From: Candidatus Eiseniibacteriota bacterium
GTDB taxonomy: Bacteria > Eisenbacteria > RBG-16-71-46 > JABDJR01
Length of the DNA stretch: 64,000 nucleotides
Assembly (NCBI GenBank): GCA_963762255.1
Contig: CAVXKA010000001.1
Span: 736,001 to 800,000 of the forward strand
Reading direction: 5' to 3'
The position numbers and the translations under genes are program-made. Below the pieces are notes generated by a model, which saw only the letters and a list, made by a program, of their open reading frames with translations, did not search any database and had not been told where the DNA came from. Of this stretch, positions 58,456-64,000 are shown one piece after another (position 1 is the stretch's first letter; each line of letters begins with the position of its first letter).

Positions 58456-59684
58456 GAGCGGGCGAGCCAGCGGCGCGCCGCCTCGGTGAGAACGGCGACG
58501 GCGGTTTCGAGCACGTCCTCGTCGGGGTTGAAGCGCGGGTGATGGTGGGGGAACACCTCGCCCTTGGGCGGGGCCGATCCGATGAAGAAATAGCAGCCGG
58601 GCGCGAGTTCCTGGTACGCGGAGAAATCCTCGCCGCCCATCGACGGTTCGGCGTCGATCACGTTCGTTTTGCCCAACACGTCTCGCGCCACTTCACGCAC
58701 GAAGGCAGCCATGGCGGCGTCGTTGACCACCGCGCCGTGTTCGCGCGAGTACTGGATCTCCGCGGTCGCGCCCATGGCCCGGGCCACGCCGGTCACGATT
58801 TCCTTGAAGCGCTTCGGGATTGTGCGCCCGGCTTCCTTGGAGAAGGTGCGCACCGTGCCCTCGAGGACGACCTGCGGCGGGATGATGTTGAACGCGCTTC
58901 CGCCTTCGATGCGGCCCACCGTGACCACCCCGGTATCGATGGGGCTCACGTTGCGCGCGACGATGCTCTGGAGCGCGGTCACGATCTGCGCGGCGGCGAC
59001 GATGGGATCCACCGAGAGGTGCGGATACGCGGCGTGCCCTCCCTTGCCGCGCACCGTCACCACGAACCGGTCCACCGCTGCCATGCAGGGCCCGGTCACC
59101 ACGCCCACCTTCCCCAACGGGACCTGCTGCCAGATGTGGTAGCCAAGCACCGCGTCCACCTTGGGGCTCTCCATGATGCCGGCCTTGATCATGGCCCCCG
59201 CGCCGTTCAGTCCTTCCTCCGCGGGCTGAAAGTTGAGCTTCACCCGCCCGCGCGCCGGGCGCTCCTGCACCAGTACCTTGGCGGTGCCGAGCATGATCGC
59301 GGTGTGGAAGTCGTGCCCGCATGCGTGCATGACCCCGGGGTTCTCGCTCTTGAACGCGAAGTCGTTCTCCTCTGCGATGGGGAGCGCGTCGAGGTCGCAG
59401 CGCAGCATGAGCGTCTTGCCCGGGGATGAGCCCTCGATGAGCGCCGTCACGCCGGTGCCGGCCAGGGTCTTCGGCTTGAGGCCGAGCGCCTCGAGGTGCG
59501 CTCGCACGAGAGCCGATGTGCGCGTCTCGGTGAAGGCGACCTCCGGGTGGCGGTGGATGTCGCGGCGCAGCGCGATCAGCTCCTCGCGGGTGATCGATCG
59601 TGACGGATGCATGAGCAGAGCCGGCGTGCCGGCCGGGGCCTTGCCCGGCTTCGACGGGGTCTGGGGTTTGCGGGTCTCGCTCAT
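58452..59684 (-). CDS. M20D amidohydrolase
   Basis: RRDIHRHPE, DLDALPI, HACGHD, FQPAEE, GGEDF, HHPRF. Confidence 0.93.
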   Translation of the reverse strand: MSETRKPQTPSKPGKAPAGTPALLMHPSRSITREELIALRRDIHRHPEVAFTETRTSALVRAHLEALGLKPKTLAGTGVTALIEGSSPGKTLMLRCDLDALPIAEENDFAFKSENPGVMHACGHDFHTAIMLGTAKVLVQERPARGRVKLNFQPAEEGLNGAGAMIKAGIMESPKVDAVLGYHIWQQVPLGKVGVVTGPCMAAVDRFVVTVRGKGGHAAYPHLSVDPIVAAAQIVTALQSIVARNVSPIDTGVVTVGRIEGGSAFNIIPPQVVLEGTVRTFSKEAGRTIPKRFKEIVTGVARAMGATAEIQYSREHGAVVNDAAMAAFVREVARDVLGKTNVIDAEPSMGGEDFSAYQELAPGCYFFIGSAPPKGEVFPHHHPRFNPDEDVLETAVAVLTEAARRWLARS

Positions 59685-59940
59685 TCATCCTCCGCCGGCT
59701 GGGGCGCGGTTCCGTTGCCCGTCGCCGATCGGGTGCAGGGGAAAACCGATATAGAGTACCACCGATCCGGTGCCCTTCCGCCATCGGACCGTCACAAACA
59801 CGACATCCCCTTGCCTCCGACCCGCCATCTGTTCGCCCCCTCCGGCGCGCATTCTCCCCCGCGTCACCCGGCTCAGCGTGACGACACGGACCGTTGCCCG
59901 GTCCGCTAGGCCCTCAACCAACTGTCCAGGAGGTGAATGG

Positions 59941-60561
59941 ATGACTTGGAGCAACCGTGCCCTTGCGGTCGCGCTCATCGCCGGGGCCATTTTCGCGGGC
60001 ACGGCTGCCGCGGGTATCCCGGACCCCGGACTCAGCGTGGTCCCGAACGTCGTGATGTCGCCGGGCGGCGACATCGAGTACGTGGTGACCGTCAACGGTT
60101 CGCAGGGACCGGTGGTGGACTCGATCGTGCAGATCGTGTTCTCGTCCGAGGCGGACGCCTTGGTCTGCTGGTGCGCGGGCCAGGCCCATCCGGCGGTCAC
60201 GGCGACGACCGACGCGGCCGGCCAGGCCCGGTTCTTCATCGCGGCCGGTGGGTGCATCGACCCGGGCCTCGTCGCCTCCCCGCCCGCAGTCTCGGTCTAC
60301 GCCAACGGCATCAGGCTTCGGGAAGTGGGCGCCGTCGGCCCCGACGCCGTCGACGGCGCAGGCTTGGTCCCGACTCTCGGTTGGAACCCCGGCACCTCGT
60401 GCGAAGTCAGCCTCTCGGACGCAGCTCTCCACAGCACTCCCATCAAGGACGGCAGCTATTCCTTCTGCTCGGACATGAACTCGGACCTCCAAGTCGACCT
60501 GACCGACGCGGTCGTGCTCTCCGCGGCCATCAAGTCCGGCCCGACCTGTCCTAGGCAATAG
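59941..60561 (+). CDS. Secreted Cys-rich protein with C-terminal dockerin/EF-hand-like motif
   Basis: Signal peptide ending AAA-GIPDP, DMNSDLQVDLTDAVVL; AGGAGG SD. Confidence 0.75.
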   Translation: MTWSNRALAVALIAGAIFAGTAAAGIPDPGLSVVPNVVMSPGGDIEYVVTVNGSQGPVVDSIVQIVFSSEADALVCWCAGQAHPAVTATTDAAGQARFFIAAGGCIDPGLVASPPAVSVYANGIRLREVGAVGPDAVDGAGLVPTLGWNPGTSCEVSLSDAALHSTPIKDGSYSFCSDMNSDLQVDLTDAVVLSAAIKSGPTCPRQ

Positions 60562-60621
60562 GTCGATGCGACACGCGCCACCCGGATGTCCAAGCACACC
60601 TTTCACGGAGGAAACCACGAA

Positions 60622-62367
60622 ATGAAACTTAAGATCGCGATCGGCCGGCTCCTCGGGGGGCTCTTCTTGAGCGGCTTCGCGTTGATCGCCGCCGTCCCCG
60701 CAACCGCACAAGACACGACGCTCGTCATCGACGGGAACCTCTTCTGGGATAACGACGGAGGCTCCTACCAGGCGCGTAGCGGCGGCCTCACCTGCCCCGG
60801 CGGCATCTACACCGTGACGCAGTTGGCGACGGTGAAGTTCGTACACAACCAGACCGCCAACCCGCTCTTGAACGCACAGGTCTACAACGACACGAACCCG
60901 CGCTGGGATCCGCAGGTTTCGAGCCCGGCCCTGGCCGGCAACTCGGGATCCATGGTGCTCAAGGCCTCGGACCTCGACCCCTGGTTTCAGGATGTCTGCT
61001 ATGCCGGCGCCGTGCCCTACACGGGCGGAGTCGACGCCAATGACTGGACCGCCGGGTGGACCTATTACAACCTGGACGGCGGCCTCGGTCGCACCGACAT
61101 CGACACGACGAAGACGGTCGTGACGGTCAACACCGACATCAACGCAAGCACCACCTGGACGAGCAACAACAACTATCTCCTGGTGGGACGTATCAGTGTG
61201 AACCCCCCCGCGACCCTAACCATCGAGCCGGGAACTGTGATCCTGGGAAGCGGGGTGGGTTCCTATCTCGTGATTCGGCAGGGTGCCACGATTGACGCGC
61301 AGGGGACCCGAGCCCTGCCGATCATCTTTACGAGCGGCGCTCGCTGGCAGGAAGGCCAGCAGGCGCCGGCCGACTGGGGTGGAGTCGTGATCCTCGGCGC
61401 CGCCCAGGCCAATTGCGCGCCCAACGGCTCCAACCCGCCCGTCAACTGCGCGGTGACCACCGCGCTCAAGAAGTGCGTGAGCGAAGGCGACGCGACGCTG
61501 GTCTTCGGCGGCGCCAACGACGACGACAACAGCGGGATCATGCGGTACTGCCGCATCGAGTACTCCGGCTTCGAGGTGGCCCCCAACAACGAGCTGAACT
61601 GCCTGACCATGGACGCGGTCGGTCGCGGCACCACGATGGAGTACATCCAGTGCCACGCCGGCAGCGACGACCTCTTCGAGTGGTTCGGCGGCACCGCCAC
61701 CCTGCGCTACGCCGTCGCGACCGCCGGGCAGGACGACAGCTACGACTGGCAGATGGGCTTCCGCGGCAAGGTGCAGTTCGCGGTTTGCCGGCAGGTCAGC
61801 GGACTCACCGGCATCGACAAGGGGATCGAAGCGGACAACAACGAGTTCAACTTCGACTGCCCGCTCCAGTCGAGCCCGATGCTGGCCAACCTCACGCTGG
61901 TGGGCACCGGTCCCGCCATCGATGGTGCCAGGGGGATTCACCTGCGCCGCGGAACCGGCGGCAAGGTGATCAACTCGATCGTTGCCGGCTGGCATGGCAC
62001 CGGGCTCGACGTCGAGAACGAGCAGACCTTCGCGAACTGCGCCGGGACGGGCCCCTCGTTGCTCAACTGCGACGTGTTGGCTGTCCACGAGCCGGCGGCC
62101 GGCTTCGGTCAGCTTCTCGTGAAGGCATCCCCGAATCCGATCCTCGGCGCGACCCGCCTGTCGTTCTCGCTTTCCCGAGACCAGGACGTGCGCGTGGAGA
62201 TCTACGACATCGCGGGACGACTCGTGCAGAGCCTGGCGGACGAATTCATGGGAGCCGGCTATCACGAGATGGAGTGGGACGCACAGCGCCGCCCGGCGGG
62301 GCTGTACTTCTACCGCGTGCGCACGTCGGAGGGCGAGACGACCGGGAAGCTTGTGGTGGCTCGGTAG
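60622..62367 (+). CDS. Secreted beta-helix protein with C-terminal T9SS/FlgD-like sorting domain
   Basis: TLTIEPGT, DWGGVVILG, DDNSGIMRYCRIEYSG, DDLFEWFGG, EADNN; C-terminal SPNP..VEIYDIAGRLV..GLYFYRV..KLVVAR. Confidence 0.85.
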   Translation: MKLKIAIGRLLGGLFLSGFALIAAVPATAQDTTLVIDGNLFWDNDGGSYQARSGGLTCPGGIYTVTQLATVKFVHNQTANPLLNAQVYNDTNPRWDPQVSSPALAGNSGSMVLKASDLDPWFQDVCYAGAVPYTGGVDANDWTAGWTYYNLDGGLGRTDIDTTKTVVTVNTDINASTTWTSNNNYLLVGRISVNPPATLTIEPGTVILGSGVGSYLVIRQGATIDAQGTRALPIIFTSGARWQEGQQAPADWGGVVILGAAQANCAPNGSNPPVNCAVTTALKKCVSEGDATLVFGGANDDDNSGIMRYCRIEYSGFEVAPNNELNCLTMDAVGRGTTMEYIQCHAGSDDLFEWFGGTATLRYAVATAGQDDSYDWQMGFRGKVQFAVCRQVSGLTGIDKGIEADNNEFNFDCPLQSSPMLANLTLVGTGPAIDGARGIHLRRGTGGKVINSIVAGWHGTGLDVENEQTFANCAGTGPSLLNCDVLAVHEPAAGFGQLLVKASPNPILGATRLSFSLSRDQDVRVEIYDIAGRLVQSLADEFMGAGYHEMEWDAQRRPAGLYFYRVRTSEGETTGKLVVAR

Positions 62368-62433
62368 CCGATCCGCCTCATCCACGTTTTCCGGCGAAGA
62401 GCACGCCGCGATTCGAAGGAAGGAGATCACGAG

Positions 62434-64000
62434 ATGAACCCGCGCTCCTTGATGGTTAGGGCGGCGGGGATGTTCCCGGCTGTCGCAATCCTTGTGTTCG
62501 CATCGATCATCCCGGCTCGGGCACAGGCCCAGACACAGACTCAACCCGCTCCCAAGGGGACGCTCTCCGGCCGCGTGACCGACGCCCAGACGCTGGAACC
62601 GCTCTCCTTCGCGAACGTCGTGGCCTTCCGCACGACGCCCGATGACACGCTCGGCGTGGTCGCCGCCGGCGGCGCAACCGGCGACGACGGCAGCTACGCG
62701 CTCAAGGTCGCCCCCGGCACCTACCGGGTCGTCTTCTCCTATGTCACCTATCAATCGCATGTTCGTCGGGACGTCACGGTCGCCGCGGGCCAGACCCTCG
62801 CGCTCAACGCCGCGCTCCGATCCGGTGCGGTCGAAGTGCAGACGTTCAAAGTGGAGGCTGCGGTGATCCGCAGCGCGGAAGGATCGATGATCTCCTCCCT
62901 GCGCAAGGGATCGACGGTGGCCGACGCCGTTACCTCGCAGGAAATGGCGCGAACCACAGACGGCAACGCCGCCGAGGCCATGCAGCGGGTGACCGGCGTC
63001 TCGGTGGTGGACGGCCGGTACGTCTTCGTGAGAGGGCTCGGCGAGCGCTACAGCGCGACCACCGTCAACGGCGCCGGCGTCGGCTCGCCGGAACCGAACA
63101 AGCGGGTCGTGCCGCTCGACATCTTCCCCACCGGCGTGATCGACAACATGGTCGTCCAGAAGACCTACGCGCCGGACATGGACGGAGACTTCGGCGGGAG
63201 CGTCATCAACATCAGCACGCGCGATTTCTCGGCGGGGCACTCCTTGCGGCAGAGCCTCTCCATCGGATCCTCGGAGGGGACGACTGGCGACGCGTTCATG
63301 ACCTACGACGGCGGCAAGTACGACTTCCTGGGCATCGACGACGGCACGCGCTCCCTGCCCGACTTGGTCGGGAGGCTGGGCAAGGACCGGCGGATCAGCA
63401 CCCAGAACTTCTCGACCCAGGAACTGGCGGAGATGGGGCAGTCCTTCAACAATACGTGGACGCCGCGGCGGAAAGAGGCGGCGCCCAACTACGGATATGC
63501 CGGTGTGCTGTCCCAGGGTACGCGACTCTTCGGGCGGGAGCTCGGGATCCTCGCCTCCGCATCGCTGAGCAACAGCCGCCGAAACGTCGATCGCGCCGAC
63601 AACGCCTACCTGGGGGGCGCGGACGCCCCGCCGCTCTATCAATACGAGGTGAAGGAGTCGACGACCTCCGTGCTGGGCGGCCTGACGGGCAACGTCGCGT
63701 ACAAATTGAGCGACACCGACAAGGTGAAACTCAACCTGCTCTACACGCGCAGCTCCAACGACAAGACCCGCCTCTCCGAAGGTCCGAACTCCGACCGCGG
63801 GTCCACCCTGCGCGTCACGCAGCTCTCGTTCGTCGAGCAGTGGCTCTTCTCCGGCGTGCTCCAGGGCAGCCACGACCTCGGGTTCCACGGCTCCCGCGTG
63901 GACTGGAACGCAGGATACTCCGAGGCCTCCCGCCACGAACCCGACCGCCGCACCAGCATCTACGAGCAGCGCGACGCGGATCAGCCGTTCCAGCTTGGGG
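62434..64000 (+). CDS. TonB-dependent receptor (partial, runs off window)
   Basis: Hand translation: signal peptide, GTLSGRVTDAQTLEPL (carboxypeptidase-regulatory-like domain), plug RVTGVSVVDGRYVFVRGLGERY..VVPLDIFP; AAGGAG SD. Confidence 0.9.
   Translation, partial: MNPRSLMVRAAGMFPAVAILVFASIIPARAQAQTQTQPAPKGTLSGRVTDAQTLEPLSFANVVAFRTTPDDTLGVVAAGGATGDDGSYALKVAPGTYRVVFSYVTYQSHVRRDVTVAAGQTLALNAALRSGAVEVQTFKVEAAVIRSAEGSMISSLRKGSTVADAVTSQEMARTTDGNAAEAMQRVTGVSVVDGRYVFVRGLGERYSATTVNGAGVGSPEPNKRVVPLDIFPTGVIDNMVVQKTYAPDMDGDFGGSVINISTRDFSAGHSLRQSLSIGSSEGTTGDAFMTYDGGKYDFLGIDDGTRSLPDLVGRLGKDRRISTQNFSTQELAEMGQSFNNTWTPRRKEAAPNYGYAGVLSQGTRLFGRELGILASASLSNSRRNVDRADNAYLGGADAPPLYQYEVKESTTSVLGGLTGNVAYKLSDTDKVKLNLLYTRSSNDKTRLSEGPNSDRGSTLRVTQLSFVEQWLFSGVLQGSHDLGFHGSRVDWNAGYSEASRHEPDRRTSIYEQRDADQPFQLG

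Overview
GC-rich bacterial chromosomal window spanning the replication origin. The gene content (T9SS/FlgD-type sorting domain, dockerin-like secreted protein, MqnD, Rex, Jag, DciA) suggests a diderm FCB-group lineage such as Eisenbacteria, Latescibacterota or Krumholzibacteriota; this is inference only. Core block: rex-gyrA-[two paralogous OM barrels + ybgA]-gyrB-dciA-dnaN-oriC(DnaA-trios)-dnaA <> rpmH-rnpA-yidD-yidC-jag-mnmE-mnmG-rsmG-parS x3-parA-parB-M23-bactofilin. Left flank: an ECF sigma/anti-sigma/Spy-like operon, a membrane-anchored MerB-like pseudoenzyme, a sigma54-driven ~300-nt structured ncRNA candidate converging on a DEDDh-WYL exonuclease, and queD/queE. Right flank: housekeeping genes, a second orphan structured RNA candidate (~34.09-34.37 kb), and an accessory zone (44-53.6 kb). 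That zone holds an integron attC cassette without an integrase, toxin-antitoxin genes and relics, and a 1209-aa DUF4062-STAND NTPase with 8 x 43-aa repeats bracketed by a 151-bp diverged duplication of a neighbouring gene's 3' end. The window ends in a TonB-dependent receptor locus. All family calls come from motif recognition by eye; no database searches were run.
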